Shown here one piece after another: positions 8,115-18,352 of a stretch of DNA of 37,681 nucleotides. Made by a program: the position numbers and the translations under genes. Source of the DNA: Pseudomonadota bacterium (lineage in GTDB: Bacteria; UBA10199; 2-02-FULL-44-16; JAAZCA01); the NCBI GenBank assembly GCA_043822785.1, contig JBDRBN010000006.1, positions 1-37,681 on the forward strand, written 5' to 3'. The notes beneath the pieces were generated by a model that made no database searches, was not told where the DNA came from, and saw nothing but the letters and a program-made list of their open reading frames with translations. Numbering within the stretch: the stretch's first letter is position 1; every line of letters begins with the position of its first letter.

Positions 8115-9590
8115 ATGCGCATGCGGCTTGTCATTGCGATTTCAGCACACGTAAGCCTTTTCATTGGCCTGGCAATGCTTTTGCCTCTGGCCTTTGCTCT
8201 TTATCATAGGGAGCCAGAAGCAATGCCTTTGGCTGTCTCTATGGGCTTTACTATCATTTTAGCTGGAATCGTCTCACTTGTGCTTCGCGTGCCAAAAGAG
8301 GATCTGACGCGGCGCGAAGGCATGATGATTGTGACGATGATATGGGTCCTTGCAGGGCTTTTTGGCGCTTTGCCTTATTTTTTTGCAAAGACTTTTGGCC
8401 CTTTAAGTTTTGAGAGTTTCGTAAATTGTTTTTTTGAGTCCGTATCCGGCTTCACCACGACAGGCGCTTCTGTGCTGGGAGCAACCGTGCCCATCGAGAG
8501 CGTTGGCAAGGGTCTTCTTTTGTGGCGCAGCCTTACGCAGTGGCTGGGCGGCATGGGCATCATTGCTCTTGCCGTTGCTATTCTTCCCATCCTCGGCATT
8601 GCCGGAATGCAACTTTTCAAGGCCGAATCTGCAGGCCATTTACAAGAGAAAATTAGGCCCAGGGTCAGGGAAACGGCGATGGTGCTTTGGATGGTCTACA
8701 TCGTATTGTCCGTCTTGGAGATTGTATTTCTTATGTTAGGCAATATGAGCCCTTATGATGCTATCTGCCACACATTTACTAGCTTATCAACAGGTGGCTT
8801 CTCCACGCACAACGCTTCCATCGCAGCATTCAACAGCCTCTATATAGAGGTCGTGATACAGATCTTCATGCTTTTGGGAGCTACGAGTTTTGCGCTTCAC
8901 TTCATGGCGTGGACCCGCAGGGGGCCGCGCTGCTATCTGAGGGATAGCCAGTTCAAATTCTTCATCATGGTCTTAATCGGCACGATCCTCTTCGTTTCTT
9001 GGCGGCTCTTTTCAACAGGGGCATATGCAACACCTGGTATAGCCTTGCGCTATGGCTCGTTTCAGGTTGTATCCTTGATGACTGCTACCGGTTATGCGAC
9101 TGCAAACTATAATATTTGGCCTTTTGGTCCGCAACTTATGCTTCTGCTTTGTATGCTGATCGGAGGATGTGCAGGCTCTACAGCCGGCGGCATAAAGCAT
9201 GTGAGGGTGCTCTTGATGCTCAAGTATGCATACAGAGAGATTGAGAGGCTTTTGCACACCAGGATCTTTGCGGCAGTAAAAATGGGAGGCAGGGTGGTAC
9301 ATCGCAACATTCTTGAGAGCGTGATGGCATTTTTCTTTTATTATATCGCCTTCTTCTTTGTAGCTTCGCTAGCGCTTTCCACTCTCGGTATGACGCTTGA
9401 CGAGTCTTTTTATTCGGTGGCTTCCTCCCTAGGGGGCGTTGGTCCGGCGATCGGCCGCGCCGGAAGCATGGGTAACTATTTTTTCATGCCATTAGCAGCT
9501 AAGGGAATCCTTATCGCATGCATGATACTGGGGCGACTTGAGATATTTACGGTACTCGTGCTCTTGACACCTGGGTTTTGGAAGAAATAG
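8115..9590 (+). CDS. trkH: Trk potassium uptake membrane subunit
   Basis: FESVSGFTTTGAS, QWLGGMGII, STGGFS, GGCAGSTAGGIK, GRLEIF. Confidence 0.95.
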   Translation: MRMRLVIAISAHVSLFIGLAMLLPLAFALYHREPEAMPLAVSMGFTIILAGIVSLVLRVPKEDLTRREGMMIVTMIWVLAGLFGALPYFFAKTFGPLSFESFVNCFFESVSGFTTTGASVLGATVPIESVGKGLLLWRSLTQWLGGMGIIALAVAILPILGIAGMQLFKAESAGHLQEKIRPRVRETAMVLWMVYIVLSVLEIVFLMLGNMSPYDAICHTFTSLSTGGFSTHNASIAAFNSLYIEVVIQIFMLLGATSFALHFMAWTRRGPRCYLRDSQFKFFIMVLIGTILFVSWRLFSTGAYATPGIALRYGSFQVVSLMTATGYATANYNIWPFGPQLMLLLCMLIGGCAGSTAGGIKHVRVLLMLKYAYREIERLLHTRIFAAVKMGGRVVHRNILESVMAFFFYYIAFFFVASLALSTLGMTLDESFYSVASSLGGVGPAIGRAGSMGNYFFMPLAAKGILIACMILGRLEIFTVLVLLTPGFWKK

Positions 9591-9596
9591 GAGGTT

Positions 9597-10946
9597 GTGG
9601 TGAGCATCATTATTATAGGTGGGGGCGAGATAGGAAGATACATCGCCGAGAAGCTCATAGAACAGAAAAAGGAAGTGATAATCATCGAGCGCAACGAGCG
9701 TATCATCGATGAGCTAGAGGAAGATCTCGATGCAAAGTTCGTGGTCGGAAACGGCGCTGCCCCTCACATACTTCGCGAAGCAGGCATAAGCGGCGCCGAG
9801 ATGGTGCTTGCGGTTACGAACAGCGACGAGGTGAATCTGCTCGCCAGCATGCTTTCCAGCATGCAGGCTCCCCTTGCAAAACGGGTGGCGCGACTCAGGG
9901 ATCCGGATTTTGACATCGAAGAAGAAAACATACTCGAGCAACTCAAGCTCGACCTTGTCATAAATCCTGACAAGGAAGCAGCCAGGGCAATACTCAAAAT
10001 TTTAGAAGTGCCGGGCACGCTCGATGTGATGGAATTTTTTGACGGTGGACTTAAACTCGTAGGCACAGAGGTGAAAAGACAGTGCGAACTGATAAACCGT
10101 CCGTTGAGCCAGCTGAAGGAGTTTTCATGTTTGCTGGCAGCAATCGTGCGCGGCGGCCAGCTCATCATCCCCACGGGTGAGAGCAAAATAATGCCTAAGG
10201 ATCAGGTCTATTTTGTGGCCGAATCAAAGAAGGTTCGCGATGTTTTGAAAATATTCGGTCATGAAACCGACAAGGTCTCTTCGATCATGATATCCGGCGG
10301 CGGATTTATTGGCATGAACCTTGCTTCGTCATTGGAGGCCAAGGGAGCCAATGTAAAGGTGGTTGAATCTGACCCCAAACTCTGTTCTGTTCTCAGCCGC
10401 AATTTAAACAAGACCGTGATTCTCAATGCTTCGAGCACAGATCAGGATTTTTTGGAGGACGAAAACATAGACAAGATGGATGCCTTTGTAGCTGTTACAA
10501 AAGACGATGAGGATAATATCTTAAGCGCGCTGTTGGCCAAGAGGCTGGGATGTACCATGACTATCACCCTTTCCCACAACAGGGCTTATCATCGATTGAT
10601 AAATGCGGTGGGTATAGATGTGGTGGTCAATCCCAGGCAGCTCGCGAGCAACACCATTCTCCACTTCATCCGCAAGGGAAACGTTCTGCACGCTTCGTCG
10701 ATCATGGATGCGGCCGAGTTCATAGAGGTGAAGGCGCTTCCGACGTCTGAGTTAGTGAAAAAGCCTATACACAAGTTGGACCTTCCCAAGGGCGTGATAG
10801 TGCTATCCATCAAGAGAGGAGATCAAATCACCGTGCCAGGAGGTGATACGGTCATAGAGCCTGATGATAGGGTTCTTTTTATCGTGCGCCATGATGCTAT
10901 TGGGAAGTTAGAAAAGCTTATTGAAGTAGGATTTGAATACTTCTGA
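9597..10946 (+). CDS. trkA: Trk potassium uptake NAD-binding subunit
   Basis: Two RCK_N (GGGEIG, GGGFIG) plus RCK_C domains; follows trkH. Confidence 0.95.
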   Translation: MVSIIIIGGGEIGRYIAEKLIEQKKEVIIIERNERIIDELEEDLDAKFVVGNGAAPHILREAGISGAEMVLAVTNSDEVNLLASMLSSMQAPLAKRVARLRDPDFDIEEENILEQLKLDLVINPDKEAARAILKILEVPGTLDVMEFFDGGLKLVGTEVKRQCELINRPLSQLKEFSCLLAAIVRGGQLIIPTGESKIMPKDQVYFVAESKKVRDVLKIFGHETDKVSSIMISGGGFIGMNLASSLEAKGANVKVVESDPKLCSVLSRNLNKTVILNASSTDQDFLEDENIDKMDAFVAVTKDDEDNILSALLAKRLGCTMTITLSHNRAYHRLINAVGIDVVVNPRQLASNTILHFIRKGNVLHASSIMDAAEFIEVKALPTSELVKKPIHKLDLPKGVIVLSIKRGDQITVPGGDTVIEPDDRVLFIVRHDAIGKLEKLIEVGFEYF

Positions 10947-11019
10947 GCGAGACACGCTAGAAAAGCGAGACATGCGAGAAACGTAACACATAGGATTTCA
11001 CGTTTCTCGCCTTTCTCGC
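10947..11019. repeat. GCGAGAnnn nonamer tandem/inverted repeat
   Basis: Four forward units then two inverted units between convergent genes. Confidence 0.8.
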
Positions 11020-11023
11020 ATAT

Positions 11024-11365
11024 TCAGTCAAACTTCTTCGTCCTTCCATATTGCCTTCTGAACAAGCCAGTCTTCGAGTGAGAGCTCTGATTTGTTGAAC
11101 GATATGTGTCGTCTATCTGGTAATTGTCAGCGCACATTATACATAGCCACTTTTTGCCAGCGATCATCTTGTTCTTATGATCATAGCGTTCTACATCTGG
11201 GGCAGTCTTTTCGCATGCTTCACATACGATGCGCAAGTGGTCGTCGCGCATCTTTTTTCCGTCTTTTAGATGTTTCTTTTTGACTTTTTCGCGTTCTATC
11301 TCCTTGAGCTTGTCTTTGGTGATGAGCCCGGCGTTCATCAAAGCCTGTTTTAGCTGCTGTCCCAT
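11024..11365 (-). CDS. Small basic hypothetical protein with a putative Zn ribbon
   Basis: CEAC...CIMC pairs; GGGAG RBS before ATG 11365. Confidence 0.7.
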   Translation of the reverse strand: MGQQLKQALMNAGLITKDKLKEIEREKVKKKHLKDGKKMRDDHLRIVCEACEKTAPDVERYDHKNKMIAGKKWLCIMCADNYQIDDTYRSTNQSSHSKTGLFRRQYGRTKKFD

Positions 11366-11437
11366 TTTCGTGACTCCCGCTACTAAAGCATTTGCGGGCA
11401 AGCGTAACTCGTAAAGCGTAAATCGTCAATATACAGA

Positions 11438-12370
11438 TTAGCGCACTGCACTTTCCTCGATCATAAGTCTTGGCGGATAGGCACTTATGGATGTCCTCAC
11501 ACCTAGGGGAAGGGTGATGTTTTCGATCCAGTGGCCTGATGGAAAACCAAATAACACTGGATAAGGTGCTCCCTCAAAGAACCGGCGCAAATAGCGTTTG
11601 ATTGCCCTCTTGTTACCGTTCAAACATCCTTCCATTCTGGAAAACACAACACCTCTTAGCTTATCCAGTTTTCCGGCCAGCTTAAGTTGATTTAGATTGC
11701 CGTCGATATGTATGTGGCCTTCATCAACTTCCTCGATGAAGAGAATTTTATCGCGCGTGTCTATTTCAAAGGAAGTGCCCATGGTCTGCATCATCCTTGT
11801 TAGATTACCGCCCACGATCCTGCCACGGCCAAATCCATCATTTATGACTTCAAGGTCATGCCCGTAGATGTCGCCCAATTTCGTGTTCTTGGTAATGGCG
11901 TCCTGTAGTGCAAGCTCAGCTGCAGGGGGCATGCCCTTGTAGATTTCTTGTGATACCGTAGGGCCGTGGAAAGTGACCCATCCATAGCGCTCATGAAAAT
12001 AAAGGAGCAGCAGCGTGATATCCGAAAATCCCAAAAAAATTTTCGGATGCATGGACAGATCAACTTGCTCAAGGTATGGGATAATGGCTATGGATCCATA
12101 GCCTGCTTCTGCACAGAAAATTGCAGAGATCGATGGATCTTCAAACATTCTTATGATCTCGCCTGCTTTTTCTTTGTAGCGTTTGCCCCGCTGCTTCTCA
12201 GTGGGCCTTTGAGCGTGTTTTAAAACTTGCTTTGGTACTACTGGGTCAAATCCCCACCAACGCAGTTTTTCTAAGCCTCGCTTAAGCCCTCTCTTTTCAA
12301 AGCTTGAGGCAGGCGCGACAATGCCTATGCGGTCGCCGGGCACTAGTTTAAAAGGTTTTATCGGTCGCAT
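11438..12370 (-). CDS. ldcA: LD-carboxypeptidase (peptidase S66)
   Basis: IGIVAPAS, GFSDIT (catalytic Ser), TFHGP, GGNL, FIEE, SGH, LPLG. Confidence 0.9.
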   Translation of the reverse strand: MRPIKPFKLVPGDRIGIVAPASSFEKRGLKRGLEKLRWWGFDPVVPKQVLKHAQRPTEKQRGKRYKEKAGEIIRMFEDPSISAIFCAEAGYGSIAIIPYLEQVDLSMHPKIFLGFSDITLLLLYFHERYGWVTFHGPTVSQEIYKGMPPAAELALQDAITKNTKLGDIYGHDLEVINDGFGRGRIVGGNLTRMMQTMGTSFEIDTRDKILFIEEVDEGHIHIDGNLNQLKLAGKLDKLRGVVFSRMEGCLNGNKRAIKRYLRRFFEGAPYPVLFGFPSGHWIENITLPLGVRTSISAYPPRLMIEESAVR

Positions 12371-12420
12371 CAGAATTGAAACTATACAGTGCTTAAGCGT
12401 ATGCTGCAAGGGATCAGCTT

Positions 12421-12834
12421 TTAATAAGGACGATAATAGGCATAGATGGACATATTGGGGCGACTATACATTGGGTAATAAAATGGGGCAAGACGGTATG
12501 GATTATACATGTATGGGTGCCCTGTAAAATTAATTGGCAGATAACCATAGGGCGAAAGAAAACCAACATATGGATAGGGCATTATTGGAGCTATAGGTGC
12601 AACCTGGGGTGGCACAACTGCCTGGCTTGCCATGGCGGACATGAGCTCCCTGTGGTCCTGATCATATTTGCCGGATGAATATATTGTGGCTGTGCCCACA
12701 GTGCCCTTGAGCGGAACCATGCATCTGGCAAAATCTTCAAGCTTGTCCGCGCGTATGGGACAGCCAGCTTTTGAGCTACTTGGCCAAACCGCGAGCAATG
12801 TCAAAACCATCAGCGCTGTTAAGATGATTTTCAT
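12421..12834 (-). CDS. Secreted hypothetical protein with a Pro/Tyr-rich C-terminus
   Basis: Signal peptide; tail PYPYVGFLSPYGY...YYRPY. Confidence 0.75.
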   Translation of the reverse strand: MKIILTALMVLTLLAVWPSSSKAGCPIRADKLEDFARCMVPLKGTVGTATIYSSGKYDQDHRELMSAMASQAVVPPQVAPIAPIMPYPYVGFLSPYGYLPINFTGHPYMYNPYRLAPFYYPMYSRPNMSIYAYYRPY

Positions 12835-12856
12835 ATAATATCACCCTTCATATAGA

Positions 12857-12884
12857 TTATCGGCATATCTCAGCACAAGTTGCG
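12857..12884 (-). promoter_or_regulatory. Variant sigma28-like promoter (CGCAACT-N13-GCCGATAA)
   Basis: Perfect GCCGATAA -10 box 23 nt upstream of ATG 12834. Confidence 0.7.
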
Positions 12885-12937
12885 TATGAAATTTGCTTGT
12901 ATTTTCAATGTGATAGAACTAAAGTGGCCCCTTGATT

Positions 12938-14368
12938 ATGCGTATATTGCGCTCACCTAAGTTTCTTCGAAGCTCTATCATCTGCTTTGTGCTTTTGTTT
13001 GGCATATCTCTTTTTGCGAGCTCTGAAAAAACGCCTGGCAAGATCATATACCGCGCCATGCTTGACGACGATATCATCAATCCGCCTGTAGCAGAATATA
13101 TTGAAGGAGCTATAGATAAAGCAGAAGAAGATAATGCTGTCTGCCTTATCATTGAACTGGATACGCCTGGCGGGCTCCTCACATCTACGCGCACCATCGT
13201 TAAAAAAATTATGAACTCAAAGATTCCGGTAGTGACCTATGTTGCACCAAGCGGCGGGCGGGCAGGATCAGCTGGCGTGTTCATAACTTTGGCATCGCAG
13301 GTGGCAGCCATGGCGCCATCTACAAATATAGGGGCAGCGCATCCGGTTAGTGTAGGCGGTGACGAACGTGAATCTGACGAATCGTTGGGCGAGGCCTTGC
13401 GAAAACTCTTTGAGCAAAAGGAAGATGAAAAGGGCAAAACATCAAAGAAAGCCAAGAAGAGAAAAGAGCCCAAGGCTGCACCCATGGAGCAAAAGGTTTT
13501 GCAAGACACAACTGCATGGGCCAAGGCCATAGCAGAGGCCACAGGGCGCAACGCAAGCTGGGCAGTAAAGGCCGTGACCGACAGTGCATCTGCAACAGAT
13601 ACCGAAGCAATGCGCCTGGGCATAATCGACATCATAGCTGATAGTACCGAAGATCTGGTAAATAAGCTCGACGGACGCAGCGTTACGATTCAAGGCAAGA
13701 AGGTAAAGATAAATACGGTTGGCGCATCCATAGTTGATATGCCCAAGGGGTTTAGGTTGCGGTTCCTTATAGCGCTGGCACACCCGAACATCGCATATAT
13801 TCTCATGATGCTTGGCTTCTATGGCCTGCTCTTTGAGGTCACACATCCAGGCATTGGTTTTCCTGGGATTGCAGGTGCGTTCTGTCTTGTACTTGCGTTC
13901 TTCGGGCTCGAAGTGCTGCCTACAAATTATGCAGGCATAGCGCTCATCGTCTTGGCCATCGCCATGTTCATAGCAGAGGTCAAGATCACAAGCTATGGTC
14001 TCTTAACCATCGGTGGACTCATATCCATGGTGGTGGGCTCGCTCATACTCTTTAAATCGCCTTATGCGTTCATGCGCGTCTCACTTCCCATTGTCGCAGC
14101 GTTTACGCTTTCGACACTTGCTATAGCCATATTCCTGATTACCATAGTGGCGAAATCTCAAAGGAGAAAAGCGGTGACCGGCACTGAGGGTATGACAGGA
14201 ACTGTTGGACACGTTCAGAGCTGGAGTGGTGATCATGGCAAGATCTTTGTGCATGGCGAGATATGGGATGCAAGCGGTCCAAACGATTTAGCAAAGGATG
14301 CGAAGGTTAAGGTGGTTGAGAGCAAAGGAATGGAACTTAAGGTTGAGATCGTCCAAGGCGAAGAATAA
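12938..14368 (+). CDS. nfeD: NfeD family membrane-bound ClpP-class serine protease
   Basis: LDTPGGL, RAGSAG, NIGAAHP, TM region and C-terminal OB fold (VHGEIW). Confidence 0.92.
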   Translation: MRILRSPKFLRSSIICFVLLFGISLFASSEKTPGKIIYRAMLDDDIINPPVAEYIEGAIDKAEEDNAVCLIIELDTPGGLLTSTRTIVKKIMNSKIPVVTYVAPSGGRAGSAGVFITLASQVAAMAPSTNIGAAHPVSVGGDERESDESLGEALRKLFEQKEDEKGKTSKKAKKRKEPKAAPMEQKVLQDTTAWAKAIAEATGRNASWAVKAVTDSASATDTEAMRLGIIDIIADSTEDLVNKLDGRSVTIQGKKVKINTVGASIVDMPKGFRLRFLIALAHPNIAYILMMLGFYGLLFEVTHPGIGFPGIAGAFCLVLAFFGLEVLPTNYAGIALIVLAIAMFIAEVKITSYGLLTIGGLISMVVGSLILFKSPYAFMRVSLPIVAAFTLSTLAIAIFLITIVAKSQRRKAVTGTEGMTGTVGHVQSWSGDHGKIFVHGEIWDASGPNDLAKDAKVKVVESKGMELKVEIVQGEE

Positions 14369-14381
14369 AAAGGGAGGAAAC

Positions 14382-15131
14382 ATGTATGTATCACCTTTGA
14401 TGTTGTTTATCGCGTTTATAGTTTTGTACGTCCTTTCATGCATCAAGGTTCTAAAGGAGTATGAGAGGGGAGTCATCTTCAGGCTAGGAAGGCTTTTGCC
14501 TAAGCCCAAGGGGCCCGGAATCATCTTTGTGTTCAAGCCTGTTGATAAGATGGTCAGGGTAAGCCTACGCACCGTAGCGCTTGACGTGCCGCCGCAGGAT
14601 ATAATTACAAAGGATAATGTCTCGGTGCAGGTCAATGCTGTCGTTTATTTTCGAGTAATGGAAGCAAACAAAGCGATTACTGAAGTTGAAAACTACGTGT
14701 TTGCCACAAGCCAGATGTCACAGACGACTCTTCGCAGCATCATAGGTGAGCATGAGCTGGATGATCTGCTGTCAGGCCGCGAGGAAATAAATTCAAAGAT
14801 ACAAGAGATCTTGGATAAGCAGACTGATCCATGGGGAATCAAGGTTTCAAACGTAGAAGTAAAGCACGTTGATCTTACCGAGGAGCTAAAGCGCGCCATG
14901 GCCAGGCAGGCAGAGGCAGAGCGCGAACGTCGCGCCAAGATCATAAACGCAGAAGGCGAATTTCAGGCAGCTGAGAAGCTGGTGCAAGCGGCTGCGATGA
15001 TGGAAGAGCATCCCATGTCTTTACAGATGCGCTATCTGCAGACCCTGGTTGACATAGCCAGCGAGAACAACTCCACCACGGTATTTCCGATACCCATGGA
15101 TATGATAAAGATGTTTGCAAAAGACAAATAA
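14382..15131 (+). CDS. SPFH/stomatin-like (slipin) protein
   Basis: [33 protein letters not shown]; canonical partner of nfeD. Confidence 0.95.
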   Translation: MYVSPLMLFIAFIVLYVLSCIKVLKEYERGVIFRLGRLLPKPKGPGIIFVFKPVDKMVRVSLRTVALDVPPQDIITKDNVSVQVNAVVYFRVMEANKAITEVENYVFATSQMSQTTLRSIIGEHELDDLLSGREEINSKIQEILDKQTDPWGIKVSNVEVKHVDLTEELKRAMARQAEAERERRAKIINAEGEFQAAEKLVQAAAMMEEHPMSLQMRYLQTLVDIASENNSTTVFPIPMDMIKMFAKDK

Positions 15132-15206
15132 GCGAGAAAGGCGAGAAACGTCGCTCAAAACCTTTCTCGCTTTTCTTGCGTTTCTCGCCTGTCTCGCGTT
15201 TCTCGC
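15132..15206. repeat. GCGAGAnnn nonamer inverted repeat cluster
   Basis: Two forward and five inverted units between convergent genes. Confidence 0.8.
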
Positions 15207-15210
15207 AATA

Positions 15211-15537
15211 TTATGATTCAGTATCTTCGGCAGGTCCTTCCGGAAACCACTGTTTTATAATATCCACGATCTGATATGCCTGCTTGGCGTTGGAGATGTT
15301 GAATTTGCTCTGAGGCCGAAACTCACCGTCGCGTTTTTGATATCGTTGAATCCGAATCTTGGGAGGGCCGAACTCGTTTGTTTTGTTATCAATATCCTGG
15401 TACAAAAACATTATCGTTGTCCATGAACCCCTGGACAGCACCTCTTTCTTGAGTTCCTTTACCTTTTGTTTTCCGTCGGACTCATCAGTCCAATTGATGG
15501 TGATATCATCTATATTAGTAGCCACATGTTCCTCCAT
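15211..15537 (-). CDS. Small hypothetical protein, possibly PC4/PUR-like
   Basis: 108-aa ORF; true start may be GTG 15525 after GGAGG; beta-rich pattern followed by a C-terminal helix. Confidence 0.65.
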   Translation of the reverse strand: MEEHVATNIDDITINWTDESDGKQKVKELKKEVLSRGSWTTIMFLYQDIDNKTNEFGPPKIRIQRYQKRDGEFRPQSKFNISNAKQAYQIVDIIKQWFPEGPAEDTES

Positions 15538-15540
15538 TAA

Positions 15541-15620
15541 CTACGGCTATCGGCTAACAGCCAACGGCTCGCTCACCTTGTTCGCTTACGGCTAACGGCA
15601 AATGCCGTAAGCTGTTAGCT
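15541..15620. repeat. GCTAACG-type heptamer tandem/inverted repeat
   Basis: cggctat cggctaa cagccaa cggct...cggctaa cggcaaa, then inverted gccgtaa gctgtta gct. Confidence 0.65.
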
Positions 15621-15915
15621 AGTCTTTAAACGGCACATTCCACTTTGTTGTCTTTACCATGTGGCAATCGCCTGTTCTGGGATTGCAGCAGACCTGCCCC
15701 TGTTTTGGGTAGTAGCATTTATTCGGATCGAGCCTGCTTACGCCGCATTCACAGTTTTTTCCGGACTCCCTGCCAAACCATTCAGCCTTTTTTTGCTGAT
15801 CTGAATCCGATATCTTTTCTTGGCGCTCGGATACGCTAGGTGGTTTTACAGCCAACACATTGCCCGCAAGACTTAAGCATGCCAAAAGGATTACTATAAA
15901 AGAAGATATGCGCAT
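15619..15915 (-). CDS. Small secreted Cys-rich hypothetical protein
   Basis: Signal peptide; six Cys in the mature part (CEC, C, CC, C); AGGAGG RBS. Confidence 0.75.
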   Translation of the reverse strand: MRISSFIVILLACLSLAGNVLAVKPPSVSERQEKISDSDQQKKAEWFGRESGKNCECGVSRLDPNKCYYPKQGQVCCNPRTGDCHMVKTTKWNVPFKD

Positions 15916-16048
15916 ATTTTTACCTCCTGAAAATGTATATAAGTTGTTGTACTGCCCATTACAGCTGCGGTCAAGCATTTGAGATTCACATGTTGCATTA
16001 GGCGCATCTGCGGCTAAGATGCCTGTCTATATTCTTTGGGAGGTAAAT

Positions 16049-17128
16049 ATGGCGATCAAGAGGGTAGGAATACTTACAGGCGGGGGGGATTGCCCTGGTT
16101 TAAACGCAGCCATTCGCGCGATAACGCGCACATCGATACGAGAATACGGATGTGAGGTCCTGGGAATTCAGGATGGGTATGAGGGAGGGATACTTGGCAA
16201 TGCCACACCTTTAATTTCAGAGGATGTTGCAAACATACTTCATCGCGGTGGCACAATTTTAGGCACTTCCAACAAGGCCAGCCCGTTTGATCTCAAAGAC
16301 GGCAAAGAGTTAGAGACCGAACGCACAGGCATGATGCTCGGCAATCTAAAGAAGTGGTGCTTGGATGCGCTTTTTTGTATTGGCGGCGACGGCACATTAT
16401 CGATCGCAAATAAACTAAATGAATTGTGGCCTCATGTCATCGGCCTTCCTAAGACGATAGATAATGATCTGCTAGCAACTGATCAGACGTTTGGATTTGA
16501 CACTGCCTGCACGTTCGTAACCGAAGCAATAGATAGGCTGCATACTACGGCTGACTCTCACCATCGCGTCATGGTCGTCGAAGTGATGGGCCGGTATGCA
16601 GGCTGGATTGCCCTGTGCGGTGGGCTTGCGGGCGGAGGCGACATCATACTGATACCTGAGATGCCCTTTAAACATGAAAAGATTATTGAAGCCATCAAAG
16701 ATAGATCCAGCAGGGGCAAGCGCTCAAGCATCGTGGTAGTGTCAGAGGGTGCTCATGCGCAAGGAGAAGAGGTCGTGGTGCGAGAAGTGGTTAAGGATAG
16801 CCCAGATCCAATAAGGCTAGGTGGCATAGGGCAGTGCATTGCCGACTTCATAGAAAAGGAAACTGGCCATGAATCTCGAGTAACGGTGTTAGGCCACATG
16901 CAGCGCGGCGGTTCACCTTCATTCTTTGATCGGCTTCTCGCAACCCGCTATGGCATCCACGCTGTGGAGGCAGCAGCACAAGGCGAATTCGGGTGCATGG
17001 TAGCGCTGAAGGGGCAAGACATTGTGCGCGCACCGCTTGCCGAAGCAGCTGCAGGCACAAAGATCGTCACCCCTGATAATGATCTGGTAAAGGTAGCGTA
17101 CTCTGTAGGAACGAGCTTTGGAGTGTGA
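16049..17128 (+). CDS. pfkA: 6-phosphofructokinase (GGDG / PKTIDND type)
   Basis: TGGGDCPGLN, GGDG, PKTIDND, EVMGR, LGHMQRGG. Confidence 0.95.
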   Translation: MAIKRVGILTGGGDCPGLNAAIRAITRTSIREYGCEVLGIQDGYEGGILGNATPLISEDVANILHRGGTILGTSNKASPFDLKDGKELETERTGMMLGNLKKWCLDALFCIGGDGTLSIANKLNELWPHVIGLPKTIDNDLLATDQTFGFDTACTFVTEAIDRLHTTADSHHRVMVVEVMGRYAGWIALCGGLAGGGDIILIPEMPFKHEKIIEAIKDRSSRGKRSSIVVVSEGAHAQGEEVVVREVVKDSPDPIRLGGIGQCIADFIEKETGHESRVTVLGHMQRGGSPSFFDRLLATRYGIHAVEAAAQGEFGCMVALKGQDIVRAPLAEAAAGTKIVTPDNDLVKVAYSVGTSFGV

Positions 17129-17129
17129 T

Positions 17130-18167
17130 TTAAAGGATCAACATGCAATCACCATATGAGAATAGCCTGTAGCGTTCGCGAATTGCTTCGTCGTAGCACG
17201 ACAGAATAAACTCTCTGCCTGCAAATGCGGATATCATCATAAGCAGAGTTGATTTGGGTTGGTGAAAGTTCGTGAGCATAGCATCTACTATTTTAAAGTT
17301 ATAGCCTGGAGTAATGTAGAGATCAGTAGTCCAGGTGCCATGTTGAAGTGAGTTGTCTTCACGTGTTGCGGATTCTAGTGCACGCATGGTCGTAGTTCCT
17401 ATGGCGATAACCCTTCGTCCCTCTTCTTTAGCGCGCATCACTTGGCGTGCTGTGCTCTCAGATATCTCAATCCGTTCTCCGTGTATCTTGTGTTCTTTTA
17501 TTTTCTCGGTTCGAACGGGTGCAAATGTATCTATGCCTACGTGAAGCGTTACAGATTCAAGCTTGGCGCCCTTCGTCTTTATCGCTTGTATAAGATCATC
17601 GCTAAAGTGAAGACCTGCCGTGGGAGCAGCTGCTGAGCCTGGACTTTGAGCGTAAATGGTTTGATAGCGCTCGCGGTCTTCATCTGTATAGGCATCATAT
17701 CCTTTTCTATCGATGTATGGAGGCAGGGGAGGCACGCCATGATGTTCTGTAGCTAGTTTAAGCGAGTCGCCCTTAAATTCTACCAGAAGGTAAATGCCGT
17801 CATGGCCTTTTGCTGTGGCTTTGGACTGCATTCCAAAAAATAAATTTTCGCCTGTGCGTATGCGCTTTGCGCGCTTTAGCAAACAGCGCCAAACATCTTT
17901 AGCCTCAGGCGCAGGTTCAACTACCAATAGTTCTATATCCTCACCAGTGCCTCGTTTACCAAAGAGCCTGGCTGGTACTACCTTGGAGTTATTGAATACG
18001 ACAAGATCTCCCTCGTGCAAAAAATCTGGCAGGGAAGCCACGCAGGAGTGTTTCCAGCTGCCCTTTGCTCTATCCACCACCATCATGCGCGATGCGTCGC
18101 GCACAGGCAGCGGCTGCTGGGCCACCAGTTCCTTAGGATATGTATAGTCGAAATCAGATAAAAGCAT
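17130..18167 (-). CDS. queA: S-adenosylmethionine:tRNA ribosyltransferase-isomerase
   Basis: PLPPYI, YQTIYA, SAAAPTAGLHF, TNFHQPKSTL, RLFSYGD. Confidence 0.98.
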   Translation of the reverse strand: MLLSDFDYTYPKELVAQQPLPVRDASRMMVVDRAKGSWKHSCVASLPDFLHEGDLVVFNNSKVVPARLFGKRGTGEDIELLVVEPAPEAKDVWRCLLKRAKRIRTGENLFFGMQSKATAKGHDGIYLLVEFKGDSLKLATEHHGVPPLPPYIDRKGYDAYTDEDRERYQTIYAQSPGSAAAPTAGLHFSDDLIQAIKTKGAKLESVTLHVGIDTFAPVRTEKIKEHKIHGERIEISESTARQVMRAKEEGRRVIAIGTTTMRALESATREDNSLQHGTWTTDLYITPGYNFKIVDAMLTNFHQPKSTLLMMISAFAGREFILSCYDEAIRERYRLFSYGDCMLIL

Positions 18168-18190
18168 AAGTTGTAGTCTAGTTTATATTT

Positions 18191-18262
18191 GATTAGCTGG
18201 GAACACTGGCTTTGGTTCTAGCGCCTCCGGCGATGAACCAAAACCAGTGCTCCCAGCTAATC
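18191..18262 (-). repeat. 28-bp-stem hairpin upstream of queA
   Basis: Both stem mismatches become G-U pairs on the minus strand. Confidence 0.75.
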
Positions 18263-18352
18263 CTCTGAAGTCCATATATCACAGACGACGCATTAGACGC
18301 ATTTAATGCGTCTGCAAAAATGTTGTCGCATATTCTTTACTACAGTCATGCA

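Noticed and set aside
11438..12370. LdcA inactivation suggested by AEAGYG in place of the usual RGGYG
   Set aside because: The Ser, Glu and His catalytic motifs are all present; one loop change is not enough evidence.
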